Positions 1 through 8,487 of a DNA stretch of 51,326 nt are shown here, in pieces; position 1 is the stretch's first letter, and every line of letters starts with the position of its first letter. The notes below the pieces were generated by a model. The model was given only the letters and a program-made list of their open reading frames with translations, made no database searches and was not told where the DNA came from. The stretch comes from Methylibium sp. (lineage in GTDB: Bacteria; Pseudomonadota; Gammaproteobacteria; Burkholderiales; Burkholderiaceae_C), in assembly GCA_035553715.1 (NCBI GenBank), contig DATMJX010000334.1, positions 1-51,326 on the forward strand, read 5' to 3'. Position numbers and translations under genes: made by a program.

Positions 1-283
1 CGATGCGACCGGGAATGCCGAGCAGCTTCATCAGCGCCTCGTTGACGCTGGTCGCGCCGATCTCGGCGATCTGGCGTGCCGTCACGACGCTGACGCCGAG
101 CGGCAGGGTGTCGGGATCCGCGCTGAAGCGGGTCGCCGTGACACTCACGGGCGACAGCTTGACGGCGGCGCCGGGATCGACGCCTTGCGCGGCGAGCGGC
201 AAGGAGGTGGACAGGGTGGCGGCGGCGATCGTGGCGATGGCCGAGGCCGGGCGCGCGCGGCGCCTGCAGGCAATGGAGTGCAT
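1..283 (-). CDS. TonB-dependent receptor, probably BtuB-like cobalamin transporter (5' part only; runs off the window; not in the ORF track)
   Basis: Manual translation from ATG 283: MHSIACRRRARPASAIATIAAATLSTSLPLAAQGVDPGAAVKLSPVSVTATRFSADPDTLPLGVSVVTARQIAEIGATSVNEALMKLLGIPG. This shows a signal peptide, a TonB-box-like VSVTATR and a plug-domain start. It lies directly downstream of a cobalamin riboswitch. Confidence 0.85.
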   Translation of the reverse strand, partial: MHSIACRRRARPASAIATIAAATLSTSLPLAAQGVDPGAAVKLSPVSVTATRFSADPDTLPLGVSVVTARQIAEIGATSVNEALMKLLGIPGRI

Positions 284-367
284 GGGACAAACGGAACTCG
301 AAGGCCGGCGCGAGCTTCCCCGCAAGCGCTGGCGACATGGCGTGCGCCTCGCGGCACGCGCCTCCCG

Positions 368-580
368 TTGGCCGGTATCCGGGCTGGCGGAGACGACCCG
401 TGTGACCTTCCCAGCCGCTTCTGGCGGCCAGTGGTTCGAGCACACGAGCGGAGGCCTGATGCAGCACCTCGTCCGCTTACCGTTGCGGGGGCAGCGCAGG
501 TTGGGCTCGACCCGGAGGGTCTTGCCGTCCTGCTTCCCGTTTGACTGTGTCGCCGTGAAGGGCGGCACGAGCACCAACGC
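368..580 (-). promoter_or_regulatory. Cobalamin (B12) riboswitch
   Basis: Minus strand carries the hallmark elements in order: AAACGGGAAGCAGG, CTGCCCCCGCAACGGTAA, CCACTGG, GGGAAGGTC, GCCAGCCCGGATACCGGC. Ends are approximate. Confidence 0.92.
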
Positions 581-647
581 TGATCAGTGTAAGCGAGCAT
601 GGGGCGACGCCTACAATCCCCGGCGGACAACGGCGGAGCCGCACACC

Positions 648-872
648 ATGGCGAGCATCGAGGAACTGGCCGAGCGGGTCGAGCGCCTGCTGCTGCGGCA
701 CGAGGAGCTGCAGCGGACGCACACGCTGACGGTGCAGCAGCTCGGCGCGGTCAGCGCCGAGCGCGACTCGTTGAAGTCCCGTCTCGCGGCGGCACGCCAG
801 CGCGTCGACGCCCTGCTCGACAGACTGCCGCAGAGCGACCCCACCGCCGAAGCCGAGGACACGCACTCATGA
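648..872 (+). CDS. ZapB-like / DUF904 coiled-coil cell division protein
   Basis: 74-aa heptad coiled coil (MASIEELAERVERLLLRHEEL...). ATGA overlap with zapA. TACAAT -10-like hexamer at 612-617. Confidence 0.8.
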   Translation: MASIEELAERVERLLLRHEELQRTHTLTVQQLGAVSAERDSLKSRLAAARQRVDALLDRLPQSDPTAEAEDTHS

Positions 873-1180
873 AGCAGGTCGAGGTCACGATCATGGGCCA
901 AAGCTACCGCCTCGTCTGTCCCGAGGGCGGTGAGCGTGCCTTGCACGAGGCCGTCGCCCATGTCGACCGCGAGATGTGCGGCATCCGTGACTCCGGCAAG
1001 GTCAAGGCGCGCGAGCGCATCGCGGTGCTCGCGGCGCTCAACCTGGCGTTCAGCCTCGCCGAACGCGATGCCCGCGCGCCGGCCGCAGCCCCCGGGTCAA
1101 CGCCGCACGACGAGCCGGCGATCGACGTGCTGATCGCTCGCATAGACGAGGCCCTCGGCTCCGACGGACGTTTGCTGTAA
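869..1180 (+). CDS. zapA: Cell division protein ZapA
   Basis: MKQVEVTIMGQSYRLVCP...ERIAVLAALNLA is a typical ZapA signature. It is followed by 6S RNA, the usual synteny. Confidence 0.92.
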   Translation: MKQVEVTIMGQSYRLVCPEGGERALHEAVAHVDREMCGIRDSGKVKARERIAVLAALNLAFSLAERDARAPAAAPGSTPHDEPAIDVLIARIDEALGSDGRLL

Positions 1181-1218
1181 CGCCGCTCCGGGGCCGCGCG
1201 CGCCGCGTACACTGGACC

Positions 1219-1396
1219 GGTCCGTTGCGTCCGCGGGGGCTTTGGTTTCCCTGTTCCGATGCTCGTATGAGCAAGGGCTTGGAACATCGCTCGGCTGGTG
1301 TGATCGTCTCGCGTCAGATGAACCCGAGGCCTTGCTGACCTCGCCCACCTGAACCCCACGGTTCGGGAATGTGGCTCCCGGTTCGCGGCGGACACC
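1219..1396 (+). ncRNA. ssrS: 6S RNA
   Basis: Position right after zapA. TACACT -10-like element at 1208-1213. Terminal pairing GTCCG...CGGAC. Internal TTCCCTG, CTTGGAAC and CCTGAACC...GGTTC motifs typical of 6S. Ends are approximate. Confidence 0.85.
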
Positions 1397-1420
1397 TTTT
1401 CCCCCGCCGCCCTTTTCCGC

Positions 1421-1884
<464 letters not shown>

Positions 1885-1891
<7 letters not shown>

Positions 1892-2694
1892 GCGCGACCC
1901 TGCTCGTGGCGCTGCTCGCGCTCGGCGCCTGCGGCGGCTTCCTCGCCGGGCTGCTGGGCATCGGCGGCGGCATGATCCTGGTGCCCTTCCTCGTCGCGCT
2001 GCTCGAGCACCAGGGCTTTCCGACGGCCCTGCTGGTGAAGATCGCCGTGGCGACCTCGCTGGCGACGATCCTGTTCACCTCGCTGTCCTCGGTGCGCGCC
2101 CACCACCGGCGCGGCGCGGTGCGCTGGCGGGTCGCGGCCGGGCTCGCACCCGGCATCGTGCTCGGCGCGCTGCTCGGCGCGCAGCTGGCCGGTGCGATGC
2201 CGGCGGCCCTGCTGACGCTGGCATTCGCCGGCTTCGTCGGCTACTCGGCGACGCAGATGCTGGTCGACCGCAAGCCGCGCCCGGGACGGCAGCTGCCCGG
2301 CGCCCCCGGGCTGGCGGGCGTTGGCGGCGTGATCGGCCTGGCCTCGGCGCTGGTCGGTGCCGGCGGCGCCTTCCTGTCGGTGCCCTTCATGAGCTGGTGC
2401 AATGTGCCGATGCACCAGGCGGTCGGCACGGCGGCCGCGCTCGGCTTTCCGATCGCGGCGGCGGGCACCGCCGGCTACATGCTCGCCGGCCGCCAGCTCG
2501 AGGGCCTGCCGCCGGGACTGCTGGGCTACGTCTACCTGCCGGCGCTGGCGGCCCTCGCGAGCGCGAGCGTGCTGACCGCACCGCTCGGCGCTCGCGTCTC
2601 GCACGCCCTGAATGTCGTGCAGCTCAAGCGCGTGTTCGCGCTGCTGCTGTACGCGCTCGCCGCCTGGATGCTGTGGCGTGCACTGCACGCCTGA
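1885..2694 (+). CDS. TauE/SafE (TSUP) family membrane transporter
   Basis: GFLAGLLGIGGG and repeated ALVGAGG motifs, multiple TM segments. Start ATG 1885 overlaps the EVE stop. Confidence 0.9.
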
Positions 2695-2748
2695 GGCTCA
2701 CGGCCCCCCGCTCACGCGGCGCATCGAACACCGCGGCGGGTCCAGGCT

Positions 2749-3753
2749 CTAGGCCGGGGCCTGCGCGCCGAAGGCGATGCTTGCCAGCGCGACGCGGTTG
2801 CCGCCCCGCTCGCGCGCCTGCACCAGCGCCGCCTCGGCCGCCTGCAGCAGGCCGGCCTGGGTCTGCGCCGTGTGAGGAAAGCTCGCGACACCCATCGACA
2901 CGGTGAAGCGCAGCGCCTCGCCATCGACCGGCACGAGCTGGGTCGCGCACTGGCGCCGCAGGCCCTCCATGCGTGCATGGGCCGTGGCCAGCCCCACGCC
3001 CGAGAGCAGCACGGCGAACCGCTCCTCGTCGATGCGGCAGGGGGCGTCCATCGCACGGGTGTTGCTGCGCAGCAGCTGCCCCAGAGCCAGGCGCACGCGT
3101 TCGCTTCTTGCCGGATCGCGCAGCGGGGCACCTGCGGAGGGCGGGTCCACGATGACACAGACCACCGCGAACTCGCGATGCTCCCGCAGGGACAGATCGA
3201 TCTCGCGCCGCAGGAAATCGTCGAACTGATCGCCCTGCACCAGACGCGACGCCGGTTCGCGCGTGCCCCGGCCTTCGACCTCGGCACGCAGCGCCTCGTT
3301 GGCCAGCTGCTGCTGCTCGAGCTGGGTCAGCGCCGCGCGCAACTCGGCACTGCGCTCGCGCTGCGGCCCGGTGTCCAGCCACAGGCCCAGCAGCGCCCGC
3401 CCGCCGTCGGCACGCGACGGCAGCGCGACACGCACCGCATCCAGGTCGCGCCGCAACCCGCCGATCTCGAGCTGATGTTCCGCCCGCAGCGCCCGTCCGG
3501 CCGCCGCGCGCGCCCCCTGATCCGCCGCGCGCAGCGTCGCGGCCTGCACGTGGGGCAAGAGATCGGCATCGCTGAGCCCGCGCGCCGTGTCCGGCGCCAG
3601 GCCGAACAGCGCGTGTCCGCTCCGGCTGAGCCGCAGGTAGCGGCCCTCGGCGTCCTTGATCCACCAGATGACGCCGAGCGCCTCCAGCGCATCGAGCAGC
3701 GCCGTGTCCACGCCGGCAGGCAGATCGACGTCGGGGGAGAGACTGGAGGTCAT
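2749..3753 (-). CDS. PAS + coiled-coil + GGDEF-family protein with degenerate active site
   Basis: PAS-like WIKDAEGRYL. C-terminal FTVSMGVASF...AEAALVQARERGGNRV is characteristic of GGDEF domains. The signature position reads RIDEERF. Start chosen at ATG 3753. Confidence 0.8.
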   Translation of the reverse strand: MTSSLSPDVDLPAGVDTALLDALEALGVIWWIKDAEGRYLRLSRSGHALFGLAPDTARGLSDADLLPHVQAATLRAADQGARAAAGRALRAEHQLEIGGLRRDLDAVRVALPSRADGGRALLGLWLDTGPQRERSAELRAALTQLEQQQLANEALRAEVEGRGTREPASRLVQGDQFDDFLRREIDLSLREHREFAVVCVIVDPPSAGAPLRDPARSERVRLALGQLLRSNTRAMDAPCRIDEERFAVLLSGVGLATAHARMEGLRRQCATQLVPVDGEALRFTVSMGVASFPHTAQTQAGLLQAAEAALVQARERGGNRVALASIAFGAQAPA

Positions 3754-3877
3754 GAGCGAGGCGGTGCCGCTGCTGCAGCGCGCAGCGAGCGCATCCAGAT
3801 CATGATAGCCCGCGGTCAGCGCGCCGCTCCCCCGAGCTTGGCAGCGACCCACCATGAATGAAGGGCCTCCAGGCCCT

Positions 3878-5152
3878 TCATCCGAGCAGCTGCTGCATGC
3901 TGCGCTCGACCTGCGTGGTCAGCGCCTCGAAGCGAGCCAGCAGCTGCTCGCTCGCCGCGGCGAGCCGGCGCCGGCCCGCCTCATCACCGGCGCGCGCCGC
4001 GGCCGCCAGCATCAGCGGCCATTCGGCCAGCGCGGCGTCGAGCGCCGCATGCAACTCGGCCCCGGCGATCGGTGCGGCCTGCAGTTCGGCCAGCGCCGCA
4101 TCGACCTCGGCCGCGGTGCGCGCGGCCGCCTCGCGCGCCCGGCCCGCGGCCGGCTCGGGCAGCAGCGCCGCGAACAGCGCCTCCTTCGCGAGCCGCTGGC
4201 TCAGCATGCGCTGCCGCCCGGCCAGGTTGATGATGCGCAGGCTGGGCGCGGCCCCGGCCTGCTCCAGCGCCGCGGTCAGCGTGTCGGCGGCCTGCAGCAG
4301 CGCCTCCGCGCGGCCGTCGAGCGCCAGCAGGCGCTCGGTGCGCGGCGCCTCCTCGAGCGCGGCGCGCAGTGCCGCCCAGGCACCGAGCACACCGTCGAGC
4401 AGGTCGCCGAAGGTCGGCCGTGACAGCAGCTTGCCGAGCTGCTCGATGCGCTCGTCGAGCCTCTCCACCGCACCCGCCTGCTGCGCCAGCGCCGCCTCGG
4501 CATCGCAGCCCCCGGTGCGCAGCGCGTACAGCGCCACCAGGCGCTGCGACAGCATGCGCAGCTGGCCGGCACGGTTGACGCCAGCGGCCTCCTGGGCCGC
4601 GTCGATCAGCTGCTGCGCGAACTGGCCGATGCGCAGCTTCGACTGCATCGCGCTCGTGCGCAGCAGGCGGAAGGCCTCGTCCTCGGGCAGCTGGCGCGCC
4701 AGCATCAGCAGGCCCTTGGCGCGGTCGACCAGCTTGCGTTCCTCGAAGCGGTGGCTGAGCTCGTCGAGCGCCTCGCGCAGGCTGCGCTCACGCTTGAAGC
4801 GCGCCAGCGCCAGCTGGACCAGCGGACGCAGCCGCGCAGGCGCATAGCCCTGCACGACCCAGGCCTGCACGCCGGCGTCGAGCGCGCGCTCGAGCGTCTC
4901 GGCGCTGCCGTCCTGCGCGAAGGCGAGCACCGGGGTCGGCTGGGCCGCCCGCAACAGCTCGAGCGCGCGGAACAGCGCCGCGTCGGCCGGCTGGGCCCAG
5001 CACACCAGCAGGTCGGGCGACTGGCGGACCGCCTCCTGCACCAGCTTGTCGCACGCCACTGCACCAAGGACGTGAATGCCGGCCGCGCCCAGATCGGTGG
5101 CAAGCGCCGGGGCCTGCGGATCGGCACCGACATACAGAAGAACGGAGGTCAC
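3878..5152 (-). CDS. ANTAR-domain regulator (NasT-like) fused to two NarX/PilJ-like sensor domains
   Basis: Pseudo-receiver N-terminus, ANTAR (ERKLVDRAKGLLM...EDEAFRLLRTSAM), then two P-box-like motifs VNRAGQLRMLSQRL and INLAGRQRMLSQRL. Start uncertain (GTG 5152 chosen). Confidence 0.85.
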   Translation of the reverse strand: MTSVLLYVGADPQAPALATDLGAAGIHVLGAVACDKLVQEAVRQSPDLLVCWAQPADAALFRALELLRAAQPTPVLAFAQDGSAETLERALDAGVQAWVVQGYAPARLRPLVQLALARFKRERSLREALDELSHRFEERKLVDRAKGLLMLARQLPEDEAFRLLRTSAMQSKLRIGQFAQQLIDAAQEAAGVNRAGQLRMLSQRLVALYALRTGGCDAEAALAQQAGAVERLDERIEQLGKLLSRPTFGDLLDGVLGAWAALRAALEEAPRTERLLALDGRAEALLQAADTLTAALEQAGAAPSLRIINLAGRQRMLSQRLAKEALFAALLPEPAAGRAREAAARTAAEVDAALAELQAAPIAGAELHAALDAALAEWPLMLAAAARAGDEAGRRRLAAASEQLLARFEALTTQVERSMQQLLG

Positions 5153-5234
5153 GCGTGCAGGCTCGCTCGACAGAGGGGAAACGGGATCAGGCGCGCAGCA
5201 TAGACCAGCCCCGCCCCGGGCCCCCACACGCCGA

Positions 5235-5250
5235 TGGCATGGATGCTGCT
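5235..5250 (+). promoter_or_regulatory. Sigma-54 (-24/-12) promoter for the nitrate transporter
   Basis: TGGCATGGATGCTGCT has GG-N10-GC spacing and is close to the TGGCAC-N5-TTGCW consensus. It lies upstream of a nitrogen-assimilation gene. Confidence 0.7.
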
Positions 5251-5285
5251 ATGCAACACCCGGGGCGCGATGCCGCGCCCGGACC

Positions 5286-5324
5286 GGCATGCACGCCCGG
5301 TCCTGCGCACATCGGCGTGCGCAG
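5286..5324 (+). promoter_or_regulatory. Candidate ANTAR target: tandem hexaloop hairpins in the 5' leader
   Basis: GGC-ATGCAC-GCC followed by CTGCGCAC-ATCGGC-GTGCGCAG. The second loop has the A1/G4 pattern of ANTAR substrates. An ANTAR gene is adjacent. Confidence 0.55.
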
Positions 5325-5384
5325 CTTCGTGCCTTCGGACCGTGTCGCCCCGTGTGGGCACGCGTCCCTCTGCCTGAAGCCGCT

Positions 5385-6686
5385 ATGCACGCCTCCGCCC
5401 GTTCCGGGACCTTCAAGACTTTCGCCGCCGCCGGCCACTGGCCGACGCTGCTGGCCGCCTTCCTCTATTTCGACTTCTGCTTCGCGATCTGGGTGCTGAA
5501 CGGCGCCATGGCGCCCTTCATCAGCGAGGCCTACGGCCTGAGCCCGGCGCAGAAGGGCTTCATGGTCTCGGTGCCGATCCTGGCCGGCGCGCTGATGCGC
5601 TTCCCGCTCGGCGTGCTGGCGCAGTACATCGGCCGCAAGAACGCGGCGATGGTCGAGATGTCGCTGATCGTCGCGGCGCTGGGCTTCGGCTACTTCTTCG
5701 TGAGCAGCTACGACGACGTGCTGGCGATGGGCGTGCTGCTGGGCATCGCCGGCGCGAGCTTCGGCGTCGCGCTGAGCCTGGGCAGCGGCTGGTACCCGCC
5801 GAAGTACAAGGGCCTGGCGATGGGCATCGCCGGTGCCGGCAACTCCGGCACCGTGCTCGCCGTGCTGCTGGCGCCGCCGCTGGCCCAGGCCTATGGCTGG
5901 CAGACCGTCTACGGCCTCGCCGCCTGCACGATGCTGCTGCCGATGGTGGTGATGTGGACCTGCGCCAAGGAGCCGCCGGACCGCGAGCACCAGACGCTGC
6001 GCGAGCATGTCTCCTGCCTGTTCGAGAAGGACGGCTGGGCCTTCAGCCTGATCTACGTCGTGACCTTCGGCGGCTTCATCGGACTGGCCAGCTTCCTGCC
6101 GACCTACTTCCACGACCAGTTCGGCGTCACCAAGGTGCAGGCCGGGCAGCTGACGATGCTGGCGACGCTGATGGGCTCGGCGGTGCGCGTGCTCGGCGGC
6201 TGGATCTCGGACCGCGTCGGCGGCATCTCGACGCTCTCCGGCGTGCTGGTGCTGGTCGCGTTGACGCTCGCGCTGTGCGGCTTCGCCGGCAGCTCGCTGC
6301 CGGTGACGACGCTGCTGTTCATGCTGTGCTTCGCGGCGCTGGGCGCCGGCAACGGCGCGCTGTTCCAGCTGGTGCCGCTGCGCTGGCCGCTGGCCACCGC
6401 GGTGGCCGGCTCGATGATCGGCGAGGTCGGCGCGCTCGGCGGCGGCTTTCTGCCCAACGCGATGGGCCTGTCCAAGCAGTACGGCGGCAGCTACCTGTGG
6501 GGCTTCCTGTCGTTCACCGTGCTCGCGCTGGCGATGCTCGCGATGCTGCGCGTGATGCAGATCCGCTGGACCCGGACCTGGGCCGAGAAGGGCGGCAAGG
6601 CCCGCAGCGCACCGGCGTCGCAGGACTTCGCCGGCGCCGCCGCCGTGCAGCGCGTCGCACGCCAGGAGCCCAAGGCGGCCTCATGA
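5385..6686 (+). CDS. NarK/NasA-family nitrate/nitrite MFS transporter
   Basis: GHWPTLLAAFLYFD, nitrate-signature GIAGASFG and GAGNGALFQLVP, about 12 TM segments. Confidence 0.92.
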   Translation: MHASARSGTFKTFAAAGHWPTLLAAFLYFDFCFAIWVLNGAMAPFISEAYGLSPAQKGFMVSVPILAGALMRFPLGVLAQYIGRKNAAMVEMSLIVAALGFGYFFVSSYDDVLAMGVLLGIAGASFGVALSLGSGWYPPKYKGLAMGIAGAGNSGTVLAVLLAPPLAQAYGWQTVYGLAACTMLLPMVVMWTCAKEPPDREHQTLREHVSCLFEKDGWAFSLIYVVTFGGFIGLASFLPTYFHDQFGVTKVQAGQLTMLATLMGSAVRVLGGWISDRVGGISTLSGVLVLVALTLALCGFAGSSLPVTTLLFMLCFAALGAGNGALFQLVPLRWPLATAVAGSMIGEVGALGGGFLPNAMGLSKQYGGSYLWGFLSFTVLALAMLAMLRVMQIRWTRTWAEKGGKARSAPASQDFAGAAAVQRVARQEPKAAS

Positions 6687-6697
6687 AGCGACGGCGG

Positions 6698-8413
6698 TCA
6701 GCGTGGCAGGAACAGCAGCCACACCACCAGCAAGGCGTTGAACAGCAGCGAGACGACCAGGCCCGCCTTCCACAGCGCGGCCGGGTCGCGCTGGATCAGC
6801 GGGGTGGCGGGCGGCGCGGCGAGCACGCGCGAGGCGCCGCGCTCGAGCGCGAGCAGCAGCTCCTCGGCGGTCTCGAAGCGGTGGCGCGCATCGCGCGCGA
6901 CCGCCTTGGCGAGCAGGTGGTCGAGCCAGATCGGCACGTCCGGACGCAGCCGCGAGGCGTGCGGCGGATCCTGCCGGTAGCGCCCGGTCTGGTAGGGCTC
7001 GATCTCGCCGTAGGGCAGCCGGCCGGTCAGCCAGCGGTAGAGCGTGACGCCGAGCGCGTACAGGTCACTCGCCGCGTCGGCCGGGGCGCCGTCCCACTGC
7101 TCGGGGTTGATGTAGCTCGGCGTGCCGGCGTGCAGCTCGCGCTGCGCGGCCGGCTCGCGGCCCGACAGCGCGACGCCGAGGTCGAGGATGCGCCAGCGGC
7201 CGTCGTCGCCGCGGTGCAGGTTGCCGGGCTTGATGTCACGGTGGATCACGCCCAGGCGGTGCATGCGGCCGAGCGCCTGGGCGACCTGGCTCGCCATCTC
7301 GACAACCTCGGCCACCGACGCACGCGGCTTCGCCTCGAGCATCTGCTCGAGCGTGCGGCCGCCGTGCCAGTCGAACACCGTGTACAGCGCGCTGGGCTCG
7401 GTCAGCTCATGCACGCGCACGAACCCGGCGTCGCCGGCCGCGCCCGGGCTCGCGCCGGCGTAACGCTCGCTCAGCCGCAGGCCCAGCCAGGCCTCGTGGG
7501 CGAGCATCGCGCGCTCCTGCGGATCGCTGGCGCGCGACTCGTGCAGCGTCTTCAGCGCCACCAGGCGGCGCTCGGCGTCGCGCGCCTGGTAGAGCCGGTG
7601 CACGCCGGTGTCGGCCACCCGCGCGGTGACCGTGTAGCCGTCGAGCACGTCGCCGACCTGCAGCGGTGGCGGCGGCGCGAGGCGGCGGCCGCGTGCGAGC
7701 TCGTCCTCGAGCCGGCCCGCATCGAGCGCGCGCACGCGGATCACCAGCGCGCTCGCGTTGTCGTGGCTGCCGGCGGCAAGCGCCGCGTCGACCAGTGCCT
7801 CGCTGGCGGCCTGGGCCCCGCCCTCGCGCAGCAGCGCGGCGAGTCGCTCGCCGCCGAGCACGCCATGCACCCCATCGGTGCTCAGCAGGAAGGTGTCGCC
7901 GACCTGCAGCTCGCCCTGCGCGTAGTCGATGCGCACCGCGTCGTCGAGACCGATCGCACGCGTCAGCCGGCTCGCGAAGTCGATCGACTCGAAGCGGTGG
8001 TCGTGGGTCAGCTGCAGCAGCTCGTCGCCGCGCAGCCGCCAGGCGCGCGTGTCGCCGACATGCGCGATCGTCACGCCATGGCCCTCGAGGGCCAGCGCGG
8101 TCAGCGTCGTCATCGCCACCTCGCCGCCCTTGCCGGCGCGGCCATTGTGCGCGGCCAGCCAGGCGTTCTGCGCGCCGACCAGGCGGTCGAACACGACCGT
8201 GGTCTCCCAGGTCGGTGGCGCGGCGAAGAAGTCCGCCAGCAGGCCCATCACCGTGGTCTGCGCGGCCTCGCGCCCGCGCCCGCCGCTGGACACACCGTCG
8301 GCGATCGCCGCCACCAGCCCGCGCCCCGGCTCGCGCAGCGCACCAGCGAAGTCCTCGTTGTGTTCGCGCGTCCCGCGCCGGCTCGCGTGGCCGATCTCGA
8401 CATCGAAACTCAT
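6698..8413 (-). CDS. Bifunctional PP2C-type phosphatase / Hanks-type Ser/Thr kinase with C-terminal TM
   Basis: PP2C motifs NEDF, IADGVS, HVGDTR, STDGVH, DNAS. Kinase motifs VALK, HRDIKPGN, DLG, GTPSY.NPE, DLYALG. C-terminal hydrophobic helix. Confidence 0.9.
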   Translation of the reverse strand: MSFDVEIGHASRRGTREHNEDFAGALREPGRGLVAAIADGVSSGGRGREAAQTTVMGLLADFFAAPPTWETTVVFDRLVGAQNAWLAAHNGRAGKGGEVAMTTLTALALEGHGVTIAHVGDTRAWRLRGDELLQLTHDHRFESIDFASRLTRAIGLDDAVRIDYAQGELQVGDTFLLSTDGVHGVLGGERLAALLREGGAQAASEALVDAALAAGSHDNASALVIRVRALDAGRLEDELARGRRLAPPPPLQVGDVLDGYTVTARVADTGVHRLYQARDAERRLVALKTLHESRASDPQERAMLAHEAWLGLRLSERYAGASPGAAGDAGFVRVHELTEPSALYTVFDWHGGRTLEQMLEAKPRASVAEVVEMASQVAQALGRMHRLGVIHRDIKPGNLHRGDDGRWRILDLGVALSGREPAAQRELHAGTPSYINPEQWDGAPADAASDLYALGVTLYRWLTGRLPYGEIEPYQTGRYRQDPPHASRLRPDVPIWLDHLLAKAVARDARHRFETAEELLLALERGASRVLAAPPATPLIQRDPAALWKAGLVVSLLFNALLVVWLLFLPR

Positions 8414-8445
8414 CGCGCCATTCTCACCGGCCCGACCGCCGTGCT

Positions 8446-8461
8446 TGGCACCCGCTTTGCT
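8446..8461 (+). promoter_or_regulatory. Sigma-54 (-24/-12) promoter for the nirB operon
   Basis: TGGCACCCGCTTTGCT is an exact match to TGGCAC-N5-TTGCW, ending 26 nt before the nirB ATG. AGGAG Shine-Dalgarno follows. Confidence 0.88.
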
Positions 8462-8487
8462 ATGAACCGCTCGACCAGGAGCCTCGG

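Noticed and set aside
626-637. GAC-AACGGC resembling a NasT/ANTAR loop upstream of the zapB-like gene
   Set aside because: The 3' side is GGA rather than GTC, so the stem does not close properly. There is no second hairpin and the context is unrelated.
5060-5076. TGCACC-AAGGA-CGTGAA, an NtrC-like site inside the ANTAR gene
   Set aside because: The right half-site has two mismatches, and such matches are common at this GC content. The distance is plausible but it cannot be supported without data.
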